Assembly (NCBI GenBank): GCA_043806595.1
Contig: JAZDGU010000050.1
Coordinates: 1-59,563 of the forward strand
Length of the DNA: 59,563 nt
Source: Candidatus Micrarchaeota archaeon
GTDB lineage: Archaea; Micrarchaeota; Micrarchaeia; Norongarragalinales; SBBD01
Direction of reading: 5' to 3'
The notes under the pieces are model-generated. The model did not search any database and was not told the origin of the DNA. It saw only the letters and a list, made by a program, of their open reading frames with translations. The translations under genes were made by a program, and so were the position numbers. Each line of letters opens with the position of its first letter. Position 1 is the first letter of the stretch. Of the stretch, positions 33,934 through 43,186 are shown piece by piece.

Positions 33934-35121
33934 ATGGCATTCAAGGAGATACTGTCGACGCCGGGGATAAAGCCCGTGCTCTTCACGCTGTTCATGGCGG
34001 CTTTCGGCTTCGGCGTCATACTGCCCCTGCTGCCGTTCTACGCGACGTCGCTCGGAGCAAAACCGTTCGAGCTGGGCATGCTTACCGCAACGTTCGCCAC
34101 CATGAGCCTCATCTTCGGCCCGCTATTCGGCAGGCTGAGCGACCGGATAGGACGCAAGAAGGTGCTCATGATCGGCACGGCGGGATTCACCTTTTCCTAC
34201 CTGCTGTTCGCCGTCGCGGACTCCCTGCCCATGCTTTTCGTCGCGCGCGGACTCGAAGGGCTGTTCGCCGCGGGCATATTCCCCGCTAGCATATCCCTCC
34301 TCTCCGACCTGACCAGCGACGCCAACCGCGGAAGGGCGATGGGCCTCGTAGGCATGAGCTTCTCCCTCGGATTCATCGTCGGCCCTGCGTTCGGAGGGCT
34401 GGCGAGCGGCATCTCGGTGCATGCGGCGTTCCTGCTTTCCGCGGCGCTCGCGGCGCTCAACTTCGCGTCCGTGTGGCTGCAGGTAAGCGAGCCTAAGGCG
34501 AAGGAGAAAATCGGGGACATCGTGGCAAAGGAAATCAGCCTGCTCGAGCACGTAAAGTCCCCCCTCCTGTTCGCGTTCCTGTCCACGTTCGTCATCGCCT
34601 TCATGCTCGGGGGCCTCGACGCGACCCTCGCGATTTACACGGGCGAAGAGCTGGGGTTCAGCTCGCCGCAGGTCGGCCTCGTGTTCACATACATAGGGCT
34701 GCTCATCATGGCGATGCAGTTCATCGGCGGCGCGCTCATCAGCAAATACGGGGAACTGCGGATGATACCCGCCGGCTTCGCCCTCAGCGGCCTCGGGTTC
34801 ATGTCCCTCATCTTCGCCCACTCGTGGCCGATGCTCATGCTTTCGCTCACGATTTTCGTCAGCGGCAACGCGCTCGTGTTCCCCTCGGTCAACTCGCTGG
34901 TCACCAAGCGCGTGGCGGCCAACCGCGGCGCAGTGCTCGGGCTCGTGACGTCCTTCCAGTCCATGGGGCAGATGGCCGGCCCCCTCCTCGGCGGTTTCCT
35001 CTACGGCTACAACCACGACTTCCCGTTCATCGGCATGGCGCTGGTCATCTGGGCGTACGCCCTGATATTCGTGCTCGTCGGCAGGCCGAAGCTCGGGGCC
35101 GCGCCGCCGAGGCCCGCCTAA
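33934..35121 (+). CDS. MFS transporter
   Basis: 12 TM helices. GRLSDRIGRKKV loop motif between TM2 and TM3. Confidence 0.8.
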   Translation: MAFKEILSTPGIKPVLFTLFMAAFGFGVILPLLPFYATSLGAKPFELGMLTATFATMSLIFGPLFGRLSDRIGRKKVLMIGTAGFTFSYLLFAVADSLPMLFVARGLEGLFAAGIFPASISLLSDLTSDANRGRAMGLVGMSFSLGFIVGPAFGGLASGISVHAAFLLSAALAALNFASVWLQVSEPKAKEKIGDIVAKEISLLEHVKSPLLFAFLSTFVIAFMLGGLDATLAIYTGEELGFSSPQVGLVFTYIGLLIMAMQFIGGALISKYGELRMIPAGFALSGLGFMSLIFAHSWPMLMLSLTIFVSGNALVFPSVNSLVTKRVAANRGAVLGLVTSFQSMGQMAGPLLGGFLYGYNHDFPFIGMALVIWAYALIFVLVGRPKLGAAPPRPA

Positions 35122-35166
35122 TAAAACACTCATTTTAAAAATGGGGAAAAGCCAGATATCTGCCGT

Positions 35167-36342
35167 ATGGACGTACAAGCGCTATTCCAGAGGCCGAAGG
35201 GAATCGCATACCTCGACTCCGCGGCGACGTCGCTCACCGCGAACGCCGTCATCGCGAAGATGGATGAGTACTACCGCGACTACCGAGCGAACATCCACCG
35301 CGGGGAGCACAGGCTGACGCGCAGGGCAAGCGGGGAATACGAGGCCGTCTATGCGAAGCTGGCGAAGTTCTTCCGCGCAGGCGAGCAGGAATTCATCGCG
35401 ACAAGGAACGCCACGGAGGCAGTCAACGGAGTGGCGCTCGGATTGGAATGGAGGGAAGGCGACGAGGTCGTCACCACTGAAGTCGAGCACCACTCGAATT
35501 TACTGCCATGGCTGAGGCTCAGGAGCAAAGGCGTCAAGGTCAGCGTGGTCAAAGCCGACGCGCAGGGAAGGTTCACCGCTGACGATTTCGCGCCTTTGCT
35601 GACCAAGAAGGCCCGTCTGGCGGCATTCACCGCTTGCAGCAACGTGCTTGCCGCGAAGGTCCCCGTGAAGGAGATCGCAAAGGCGGCCAAGGAAAACGGC
35701 GCGCTCGTGCTCGTTGATGCTGCACAGCACGTCGGGCACCACGCCATTGACCTGCGCGAGTGGCATGACGTGGACTACCTCGCGTTCTCGGGGCACAAGT
35801 GCTTCGGGCCGACGGGAATCGGCGCGCTCTTCCACCGCGAAGGGGCGCCGCTTGAGCCGTGGTTCGCCGGCGGAGGAACGATTCAGGAGGCGAGCCTCGA
35901 AGGGTACAAACTGCTCGGCCACCGGGAGAGGTTCGAGGCGGGCACGCCGCCAATCGCGGAATGGATCGGGCTAGGCGCGGCGCTGGACGTCATCGGAGAA
36001 ATCGGGCTGCGGAACATCGAGGAGCACGAGGACAGGCTCATAAAGGAGATGCTCAAGGCGTTCGACGGCGCGGCGAACGCCGCCCTCTACGGGCCGAAGG
36101 CCGCCGCGGAGAAGTCGGCGGCGCTCTTCGCATTCAACGTGAGGGGAGTGGCGCACCACGAGGCGGCGGTGATGTTCGACCGGCTCGGGTTCGCGCTGCG
36201 AAGCGGCCACCACTGCGCCCAGCCGCTGACCCGCAAGCTGGGGGTGGAGGGCACGGTCCGCGCGTCGCTGCACGCCTACAACACGGAAGAGGAGGCGCGC
36301 GGGTTCGGAGAGGCGCTCGCGAAGGTCGCGGCGCTGGGTTGA
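35167..36342 (+). CDS. sufS: Cysteine desulfurase (class V aminotransferase, SufS/CsdA-like)
   Basis: YLDSAATS, ...FSGHKCFGPTGIGAL (PLP Lys), RSGHHCAQP (catalytic-Cys loop). Confidence 0.85.
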   Translation: MDVQALFQRPKGIAYLDSAATSLTANAVIAKMDEYYRDYRANIHRGEHRLTRRASGEYEAVYAKLAKFFRAGEQEFIATRNATEAVNGVALGLEWREGDEVVTTEVEHHSNLLPWLRLRSKGVKVSVVKADAQGRFTADDFAPLLTKKARLAAFTACSNVLAAKVPVKEIAKAAKENGALVLVDAAQHVGHHAIDLREWHDVDYLAFSGHKCFGPTGIGALFHREGAPLEPWFAGGGTIQEASLEGYKLLGHRERFEAGTPPIAEWIGLGAALDVIGEIGLRNIEEHEDRLIKEMLKAFDGAANAALYGPKAAAEKSAALFAFNVRGVAHHEAAVMFDRLGFALRSGHHCAQPLTRKLGVEGTVRASLHAYNTEEEARGFGEALAKVAALG

Positions 36343-36351
36343 TTGCGGCAC

Positions 36352-37260
36352 ATGGTACTATGCTTCATCGCATTGTTCGTCTTCGCGGTCATGGGCATAT
36401 TCTCCGCGAGATACCGCTCGCTTGCGAGGGAGGCGCTCGACTGCACGCTTCGCACAGCGACGCTGAGGCCGTGCCAGGGCAACCTCGACGAGAGGATCAA
36501 GGCAACCGTTCTTGCCAAGCTGCTCAACCATTCCCCGGCCGCGGCACGCTTCCTGAACAGGAACTTCCAGGCATTCTCGACGCTCATGGTGATACTCTTC
36601 TTCGCGAGCCTCGCGTATTCCGCGGTGTCGGTCTACAACTACGCGGCCTACGGCAACTGCAACGGCCCGCAGGGGGGGTTCTGCCCGCTGGACGTGCTGA
36701 CCGGCGGCAACAAGATGCCCCTCACGCAGATCCCGCCCGGCATTGGCCCCACTCTCGGCAACGGCACTGTCGCGCTCGTGGAGGTCGGCTGCTTCACTTG
36801 CCCGTACACCCGCGGCGCGGAGCCGGCGCTCAAGGAATTCCTGCAGGGACACCCCGAGGTCAGTCTCGAGTTCAGGGTGCTGCCGCTGCCTAGCCACGAG
36901 AACTCGTTCATCTCCGCGCAGGCGGCTTTCTGCGCCGAAGGACAGGGCAAGTTCTGGGAGATGCACGACCAGCTGTTCAAGGAAGCCGACCATTCGCGCG
37001 AAAACCTTGTGAGGATGGCCGGGGCCATCGGCCTCGACGCGGACGAATTCGGTTACTGCCTCGATTCGCAGGCCTCGAAGGACCGCGTAATGCAGGACGA
37101 GGATGCCGCCAAGGCGCACGGCATCTACGGCACTCCGACGTTCTTCCTCAACGGCAGCATCCTCGTCGGCCCGCAGACGCTCCAGAAGTTCGAGGACGCG
37201 CTCGCGGGGAAGAACGTGACCGCGGGAGGAGGAGGCAACGCCTGCCCGCCGCCGGTGTGA
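36352..37260 (+). CDS. Membrane-anchored DsbA-family thiol:disulfide oxidoreductase
   Basis: N-terminal TM segments, then a thioredoxin-like domain with VGCFTCPY (CxxC) and ...GIYGTPTFFLNG (cis-Pro loop). Confidence 0.7.
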   Translation: MVLCFIALFVFAVMGIFSARYRSLAREALDCTLRTATLRPCQGNLDERIKATVLAKLLNHSPAAARFLNRNFQAFSTLMVILFFASLAYSAVSVYNYAAYGNCNGPQGGFCPLDVLTGGNKMPLTQIPPGIGPTLGNGTVALVEVGCFTCPYTRGAEPALKEFLQGHPEVSLEFRVLPLPSHENSFISAQAAFCAEGQGKFWEMHDQLFKEADHSRENLVRMAGAIGLDADEFGYCLDSQASKDRVMQDEDAAKAHGIYGTPTFFLNGSILVGPQTLQKFEDALAGKNVTAGGGGNACPPPV

Positions 37261-37264
37261 GCCT

Positions 37265-38638
37265 TCAGCGCCCAAGGCGCATGGAAGGCATCTTCGCGAT
37301 CAGCGAGGAGTAAATCCTCGGCAGCAGATCCAGCGAGCGCAGCGTAACGAACTCGCCCTGCGAGTGCCACTGCCCGCCCTCCGAGCCGAGTTCCACCACG
37401 GGAATCCCCCGCGCCGCGAAGCAGCTCGCGTCGGACTGGCCGCGGCCTTCGCGCCGAAACGGCACGGGCCTGCCGAGGACGCCTTCCGCGACCGCTGCGG
37501 CCTCCATCGGCCAGCGGCCGTTCTGCTCGAGGGAATGCTTGAATTCTGCTAGGCGTACGTCCGCGCCGGGGATGCCGCTCTCGCGCGCAAGCCTGCGGAC
37601 CGAGCTGGCCACCTGCTTGCGGTTGTTGTTCATGATGCGCAGGTCCAGCCAGAGCGTGTACCGCCTGCCCTCGCGCTCGAGGCGGTTGGGGCAGATGCTT
37701 ATCCCGTAGTGCGAGAAATCGCTGTGGAACGGCGGGAAGAAAAGCTTCTGGACGAACAGCATGAGCTTGTGCGTGCCCTCCTCCGGCAGCATGGAAGGCC
37801 GGTAGTACGCCACTCCCTTCGACGGCACCACGTTGTCGGCAGAGGCGTCCACTCCCGCCTTAGTTCCGCCCAGCCGCACCTCCTGCAGTCCCATCAGCCT
37901 GCCGAAGAAATACGACTGGCTGAGCTCGAAAAGCGGGTGGTCCTGCTTGCCGTACCTGAAGCTGCTTATCGAGGTGTGCGCGCTGTGGATGGAGTTGCCC
38001 AGCTCCACGGCGCGCCTCATGCCGCTCACGCTCTCAAGCGCCCGCTCCCTCGGTATTTCGACGCGGAACAGGTAGCGCGCGCGCCGCCGGGTGACGACGT
38101 CGAACTGCGTCGGCTCGCCGACTACGGCGAAGGACTTCTCGGGCGCGACAATCCCCTCCTTGACGCACCTGCGGAGCGCAGCCTGCGTGCCGTAGCGCGC
38201 GCCAGTCTCCTCGTCGGGGACCATCAAGGCGACGACGCGGGTGCGAGACTTTGCCGCCTCCGGCTCCGACAGGGCGGCGAGGAAGCAAGCGATGCCCGCC
38301 TTCATGTCCGCGGTGCCCTTGCCGGAAATCACGCGCGCGCCCTTCCTGCGCCCCGCGGCCAGCTTGAACGCGTCCCAAGGCTGGTTGTCCGGCACAGTAT
38401 CATAGTGGCCGTTGAAGACGAGCGTCCTGCCCCGCGCGCGGCCCATGAAGCCGACGACGGACGGCCTCCCGCCGAAGGCGAAGCGCCTCGTCTGCATGCC
38501 TGCAGCCGCGAGCGCCTCCTCGATGTAGTCCGCGCACTCGCGGTGCTCGGAAAAGCCCTCGTCCTCGCCGAGAATGGTGCGGAACGAGACGAGCTTCTTG
38601 AGGTGCCGGAGGGCGGTTGCGCCCGAAGTGGGGGTCAT
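37265..38638 (-). CDS. M20-family metallopeptidase (ArgE/DapE/CPG2-like)
   Basis: Internal ATG 38638. FNGHYDTVP, GKGTADMKAG, PDEETG metal-ligand motifs. Confidence 0.8.
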   Translation of the reverse strand: MTPTSGATALRHLKKLVSFRTILGEDEGFSEHRECADYIEEALAAAGMQTRRFAFGGRPSVVGFMGRARGRTLVFNGHYDTVPDNQPWDAFKLAAGRRKGARVISGKGTADMKAGIACFLAALSEPEAAKSRTRVVALMVPDEETGARYGTQAALRRCVKEGIVAPEKSFAVVGEPTQFDVVTRRRARYLFRVEIPRERALESVSGMRRAVELGNSIHSAHTSISSFRYGKQDHPLFELSQSYFFGRLMGLQEVRLGGTKAGVDASADNVVPSKGVAYYRPSMLPEEGTHKLMLFVQKLFFPPFHSDFSHYGISICPNRLEREGRRYTLWLDLRIMNNNRKQVASSVRRLARESGIPGADVRLAEFKHSLEQNGRWPMEAAAVAEGVLGRPVPFRREGRGQSDASCFAARGIPVVELGSEGGQWHSQGEFVTLRSLDLLPRIYSSLIAKMPSMRLGR

Positions 38639-38736
38639 GGAGGTCACGCGCCGCACAGGCACAACCGAAAAGGGGCTGGCTGCCGGCAAGACATTTATAA
38701 CGGAGGGGGTAATAACTTTTTTGGTCGGGGTATGGT

Positions 38737-40068
38737 ATGAAGAAGCACTCGCTGGGGTTCGAGCTGGAGGCGTTCCTCATCGACGAAAAGGGCGGCCTGA
38801 AGGACGGCGCGACCAGCCTGCTCGCCGGCTTCGGCAGGAAAAAGCCGTTCATCCTAGAGGTCGCGGACTCGATGGTCGAGTTCAATACGACTCCCCACGA
38901 ATGGTCGCTCGGCTCGATAAGCAGCATGTTTTACCGCATCGCCCGCGTGGAAAAAAAATCGCCGTCGGCGCTCCTCCCGCTGGGCTGCTACCCCGGCAGG
39001 ACAGCCCCGAGAAGGCACTCCAAAGGGTGGTACGACCTGCAGAGCGCGGTCCTCGGGCCGGCATTCGACTACTATTCGACGAGGGTATGCGGATTCCACT
39101 TCCACTACGGGCTGCCCAAGGGCGGGCTCATGCCGGGAAACGCGCGGCTGCGAATATTCAAGGACAGCGCGCACCGCAAGAGCATCCTCTCAATGTACGA
39201 CTTCCTCGTCGCCGCGGACCCCGCGCTCTCCTGCCTCATGCAGTCCTCGCCGTTCTTCGAGGGCCAGCTGCTCGGCAAGGACGCCCGCGCCTTCGCGTAC
39301 CGCGACATGAGGCACCCGATGGGCTACGGCTACGGGCTTTACCACGAGCAGAAGGAGCTCGGCGGCCTGCCGAAGTATGCCAACACGCTCACCGACCTAA
39401 ACGACCTCGCGCTTTCCCGGAAGAAAAGCTACATCGCGTCGCTGAGGCAGGCGTCGGCAAAAGTGCCGAAATGGGTGCAGAAGGCGAACCCCCTCAAGTT
39501 CTTCTGGGGGCCCCTGCGGGTCAACAAGATCGGGACGCTGGAACAGCGCGGCATGGACGCGAACCTCCCGCAAAGGCTGATCGCCGCCGCGTCGACGCTG
39601 AACGCGGTGCTCAAGAGGATATTCTACGGGAAGGCGTCCGTCCGCCAGAGCGACTCGGCGGTCGCGCGGCCGTTCAGCTTCGACGGCGAGTACATCCGCA
39701 TCCCGCCCAACTCGTACGTCGCGAACGTGCTGCAGCCCGCGGCGGCGCTCAAGGGCCTCGAGGACGCGCGCGTTCGCAACTATTGCAGCTCCTTCTACAG
39801 GCTGGCGCACTCGTTCCAGAAGGAGGACGGCACCGTGTTCCTCGGGCAGGCGTTCCAGAAGAGCCTCGCCGACGGCAGGACCGTGTCCGACGACATCATC
39901 GCGCTCGCGAAACGGCGGGGCTGGAGGAAGGGCGAGCCGCTTGCGGATGATGCGGCGCAGGACATCGCCCTCGAATACGCGCTCAAGATGAAGATAGAAG
40001 TCTACGAGCTGACCGAGGTGGCAAGGGGCTGGCTTTCGGCGCTCGACGCCGAGAAGACCGCCGCCTGA
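38737..40068 (+). CDS. Glutamate-cysteine ligase family 2 (GCS2 / carboxylate-amine ligase) protein
   Basis: LGFELEAFLID, CGFHFHYG and GTLEQRGMDA resemble GCS2/YbdK-type ligases. Divergent from the M20 gene around ATTTATAA (38693-38700). Confidence 0.65.
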   Translation: MKKHSLGFELEAFLIDEKGGLKDGATSLLAGFGRKKPFILEVADSMVEFNTTPHEWSLGSISSMFYRIARVEKKSPSALLPLGCYPGRTAPRRHSKGWYDLQSAVLGPAFDYYSTRVCGFHFHYGLPKGGLMPGNARLRIFKDSAHRKSILSMYDFLVAADPALSCLMQSSPFFEGQLLGKDARAFAYRDMRHPMGYGYGLYHEQKELGGLPKYANTLTDLNDLALSRKKSYIASLRQASAKVPKWVQKANPLKFFWGPLRVNKIGTLEQRGMDANLPQRLIAAASTLNAVLKRIFYGKASVRQSDSAVARPFSFDGEYIRIPPNSYVANVLQPAAALKGLEDARVRNYCSSFYRLAHSFQKEDGTVFLGQAFQKSLADGRTVSDDIIALAKRRGWRKGEPLADDAAQDIALEYALKMKIEVYELTEVARGWLSALDAEKTAA

Positions 40069-40157
40069 AGGACAGCAGTATGCGGGGCAGGCGGCGAAAG
40101 CGGGTCCGACAGCCGCTAATAAAAAGGCGCGTCATAATTATAACCGGTGAGCAAGAC

Positions 40158-40559
40158 ATGGCCAGGAAGGGATTCGCGGACGATTTGGAGAAGATCACGC
40201 TTGAGAACGCGGACTTCCGGCGGGTGCTCTACACCGCCACGCACAGCCAGCTTGTGCTCATGAGCATCCCGCCCGGCGGCCAAATCGGCGCCGAAACGCA
40301 CGAGGAGCACGACCAGTTCTTCCGATTCGAGCAGGGCGAAGGCCTCGTGACCATTGACGGGAACGCGTATGCGGTCAAGGACGGCAGCGGGGTCATAGTG
40401 CCCGCCGGCGCGCTCCACAACGTGCAGAACACCGGAAAAACAGACTTGAGGCTTTACACCATTTACTCGCCCCCCGAGCACGCGGACGGGACCGTGCACA
40501 AGACGAAGGCGGAGGCGACGGCGCAAGAGGAGCACTTCGACGGCAAGACCACGGAATGA
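40158..40559 (+). CDS. Cupin-domain protein
   Basis: Internal ATG. G(x)5HxH-like ...GGQIGAETHEEHDQFF... and ...VPAGALHNV... cupin motifs. Confidence 0.7.
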   Translation: MARKGFADDLEKITLENADFRRVLYTATHSQLVLMSIPPGGQIGAETHEEHDQFFRFEQGEGLVTIDGNAYAVKDGSGVIVPAGALHNVQNTGKTDLRLYTIYSPPEHADGTVHKTKAEATAQEEHFDGKTTE

Positions 40560-40733
40560 CCGCGCTGCAGCCGCCCAATATAAGTATTTAAAAACTTGGT
40601 TCAAGTAAAGTAAAACGCAAGCGAAGCGGGCAGGATGCCCTCGTGGGAAAAACCGGCTTTTTGGGACGAAAGCGGCCACTGCGCAGGTAATAAAGCTGCA
40701 TGCACCACAAACAATACACCAACAGGTGATAAA

Positions 40734-40925
40734 ATGAAAGGAAAAGTGAAGATGTTTAACGACGCCCGCGGATTCGGGTTCATCACGGGCGACGACGGAA
40801 AGGACGTCTACGTGCACTCCTCCGCCATCGAGGGCGGCGGCGCACTCGCCGTCGGCGACGGAGTCGAATACGAAGTCGAGACGACCGATCGCGGCCTGCG
40901 CGCGAAGGGCGTCAAGAAAGTCTAA
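40734..40925 (+). CDS. csp: Cold-shock protein (CspA family)
   Basis: MKGKVKMFNDARGFGFITGDDGKDVYVHSSAI... contains the RNP1/RNP2 motifs. GGTGA lies 5 nt upstream of the ATG. Confidence 0.9.
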   Translation: MKGKVKMFNDARGFGFITGDDGKDVYVHSSAIEGGGALAVGDGVEYEVETTDRGLRAKGVKKV

Positions 40926-41006
40926 CGATCAAAGTCCACAAGCGGTTTCCGCTCAAACGCGTATAACCGCTTCAAACTTAAACGACTAGCCTTGGCTCGG
41001 GCAGGC

Positions 41007-41019
41007 GGATGCAGGGGGA
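41007..41019 (+). repeat. tRNA-Leu 3'-end core copy L3 (GGATGCAGGGGGA, 13 nt)
   Basis: Same orientation as the tRNA copy. It is bracketed by the 6-bp inverted repeat GGCTCG/CGAGCC and by direct repeats CCTTGGCTCGG (40990-41000) and CCTTTGGCTCGG (41030-41041). Confidence 0.65.
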
Positions 41020-41052
41020 CAGCCGCGAGCCTTTGGCTCGGTGCAGACTCCG

Positions 41053-41411
41053 TTATTTACGCTTATATCCAAAGCGCGTGTCATATTCGCCGTGCGGGCT
41101 GATTTCGAGCACGAAGGCGATGATTTCGATTTCCGTCTCACCCGCGGTTAGCGAATATAGCATCCTCCAGAATTGGGGGAGTTCCACCCAGAACAGGTTG
41201 GTAATGCCATACTTGGCCTTTTGTACTCATTCGGAATCTTGTCCTTGGAAATCGGCTCGCCGTAGTGTATGTTGGCCTTGATCAGCTCGACTTTCTTGTT
41301 GATGGCGTTGAGGATGCTGCGTTCGAGCTTGGATTCCGGCGCCCTGGCGTTCAAGTGCTTGTAGACTTCCTCGGCTTCCGGCGACAATATGACTCGAACG
41401 GCCTTGTTCAC
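41053..41411 (-). pseudogene. RelE/ParE-superfamily toxin, frameshifted
   Basis: GTG 41411 gives MNKAVRVILSPEAEEVYKHL...DKIPNEYK. After the A4 run (plus-strand T-run 41219-41222) the conserved continuation AKYGITNLFWVELPQFWRMLYSLTAGETEIEIIAFVLEISPHGEYDTRFGYKRK* is in another frame. The total is 359 nt, one nt short of a 120-codon ORF. Confidence 0.65.
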
Positions 41412-41680
41412 AGTTCCAGCCCCTTTGCAATTGCCTTCTTCAGGTTGGCGTTGTCATTGGCAATCCACGAAATCCCGCGCAGGGAAACGGCAATCTTGTT
41501 GCTCGCCTCCAGATACTCCAAAATCACGCGCAGCGTGTAGTGGTTGACCTGCTTTGGAAGCATCTTCTTCAGCTCGGCAACCGTGACGACGCTCTTCTTC
41601 ATGCCCGCCAAGACCTGCTCGACCATGATTACCGTCTTCAGGTTGGGTGCGTGCAAGACCCCCATCTTATACATAAACAT
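41408..41680 (-). CDS. Putative antitoxin / small DNA-binding protein
   Basis: 90 aa. Its stop overlaps the toxin start (GTGA). Leaderless behind AATATTTATG. The fold looks wHTH-like. The assignment rests on position. Confidence 0.4.
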   Translation of the reverse strand: MFMYKMGVLHAPNLKTVIMVEQVLAGMKKSVVTVAELKKMLPKQVNHYTLRVILEYLEASNKIAVSLRGISWIANDNANLKKAIAKGLEL

Positions 41681-41808
41681 CCCTTTTTATTACAATTTCA
41701 TAAATATTGGTTACAAACTAATATATTAAGGTTTCGTTCCGGCAAAATGCTGCGTTCATGCCCGCATGGGCACAATAACGCACAGGCCTGCGCCTAGACC
41801 ATGTCTGA

Positions 41809-41820
41809 ATGCAGGGGGAG
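41809..41820 (+). repeat. tRNA-Leu 3'-end core copy L2 (ATGCAGGGGGAG, 12 nt)
   Basis: Exact 12-mer in the same orientation. It is flanked by the inverted repeat AGACCAT (41796-41802) / ATGGTCT (41832-41838). Confidence 0.7.
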
Positions 41821-41858
41821 AGCGCCAGTCTATGGTCTGCAATCAGACCAGCCCTGTG

Positions 41859-41879
41859 CGTTTTTGCGTCCAATTGGGC
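41859..41879 (+). repeat. CGTTTTTGCGTCCAATTGGGC, left member of a 21-nt direct repeat flanking the aro operon
   Basis: 17/21 identical to 51491..51511. It contains the palindrome CCAATTGG. Confidence 0.5.
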
Positions 41880-41908
41880 ATTAAACTATTTATTATCTCA
41901 GGGCGGGG

Positions 41909-43186
41909 CTATCGCAAGGATTCGAGAACCTTCCAGAACCCCGGAAAGCTCTTGTCTACGCAATTCGCGTCGTCGATAACCACGCCACCGGTTTTAAATC
42001 CCGCAACTGCGAAAGCCATGGCAATCCTGTGGTCCGAGTGAGACCGGATAAGCCCGCCATGCAGGGCCTTGTTCCCGAATATTTCAATTGTCTCACCATC
42101 TTGAACAATGTGCGCCTTTCCCCCGAGGTCTCGGATTCCTTCCGCAATGGCCTGCAGGCGGTCGCTTTCCTTGAACCGAAGGTGGCCGATGCCCGATAGC
42201 GTGCTTTTTCCTTCCGCGAAGGCGCACGCTACAGCGATTGCCGGCACGGCGTCCGGGCAGTCGTGCATGTCCGCTTCGACTGCCTGCAACGAATGAGGCC
42301 CGTCAACAGCCACCGCATTCTCAGACTCTCTTATTGTACACCCCATCTTCCGCAGGATAACCAGCGCGCGCTTGTCTGCCTGAATGGATTTGCTTGGAAG
42401 ATTTCGCACCAAGACGCTTCCTCCGCAGACGGCCGCGGCTTCAAAGAAGAACAGCGCCGACGAGAAGTCGCCTTCAATACGCGTTTCGATTCCAGAGTAA
42501 GCGCTGCCGCCTTTTATTTCAATGGAATTGCCGCGGACGATGGGGCGAATGCCGAAATCCTTCATGCATTGCAGCGTGATTTCAAGGTATGGTGCTGACC
42601 TCGGCTTCCCCGTGAGTTCCAATACCGAATCTTTTGGCGCGAGAGGCAGGGCCATGAGCAGCGCAGACGCGTGCTGGGAGCTGTCGCTCGTGCTTACCCT
42701 TGCAGATCCGCCCTTTAGCGATTTGCCGTCTACCGCTACCGGCGGAAACCCGTCTTTCTTAAGGCACTTCGTACGCGCGCCAAGGCTATTCATTGCATCC
42801 AACAGGCTCTCAACCGGCCGCTCCCGCATTCGCCTGCTCCCATCCACTACAATTTTTTCACCCCCGTTCCCGGCCAAGGAAGCGATGGAACATAGCGCGC
42901 GCATGGAGAACCCCGAGTCCCTTGAATCAAGTAACGAGGGGGCAGTCATGCAGCCTCCCGTCCCATCGACAAAAACCGTTTTTCCGTCGACATTGATTTT
43001 AGCGCCGAGTTTCCCGAGGCACGAAATCGCGGTCAACTGGTCGGCTGCCAGTAGTGGATTATGCAGCTCGCTTGTACCTTCGGCTAGCGACGCCAAAAAA
43101 AGCGCCCGCAGCGAATGCGCTTTAGACGGTGGAGCTGCAAGCTCCGCATCCAGTTCACGCTGCAACTTCTCAACTCTTTTCTCCAT
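41909..43186 (-). CDS. aroA: 3-phosphoshikimate 1-carboxyvinyltransferase (EPSP synthase)
   Basis: 425 aa. PPSKAHSLRALFLASLAEG..., ...LRFKESDRL... Last gene of the operon. Confidence 0.9.
   Translation of the reverse strand: MEKRVEKLQRELDAELAAPPSKAHSLRALFLASLAEGTSELHNPLLAADQLTAISCLGKLGAKINVDGKTVFVDGTGGCMTAPSLLDSRDSGFSMRALCSIASLAGNGGEKIVVDGSRRMRERPVESLLDAMNSLGARTKCLKKDGFPPVAVDGKSLKGGSARVSTSDSSQHASALLMALPLAPKDSVLELTGKPRSAPYLEITLQCMKDFGIRPIVRGNSIEIKGGSAYSGIETRIEGDFSSALFFFEAAAVCGGSVLVRNLPSKSIQADKRALVILRKMGCTIRESENAVAVDGPHSLQAVEADMHDCPDAVPAIAVACAFAEGKSTLSGIGHLRFKESDRLQAIAEGIRDLGGKAHIVQDGETIEIFGNKALHGGLIRSHSDHRIAMAFAVAGFKTGGVVIDDANCVDKSFPGFWKVLESLR

Noticed and set aside
35859-36893. 344-aa plus-strand ORF spanning the sufS and DsbA-like genes in another frame, together with similar Arg-rich ORFs at 38574-39950, 37709-38740 and 49959-51108
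   Set aside because: These are out-of-frame or antisense overlaps with genes that have clear family motifs. They are Arg/Gly/Pro-rich nonsense.
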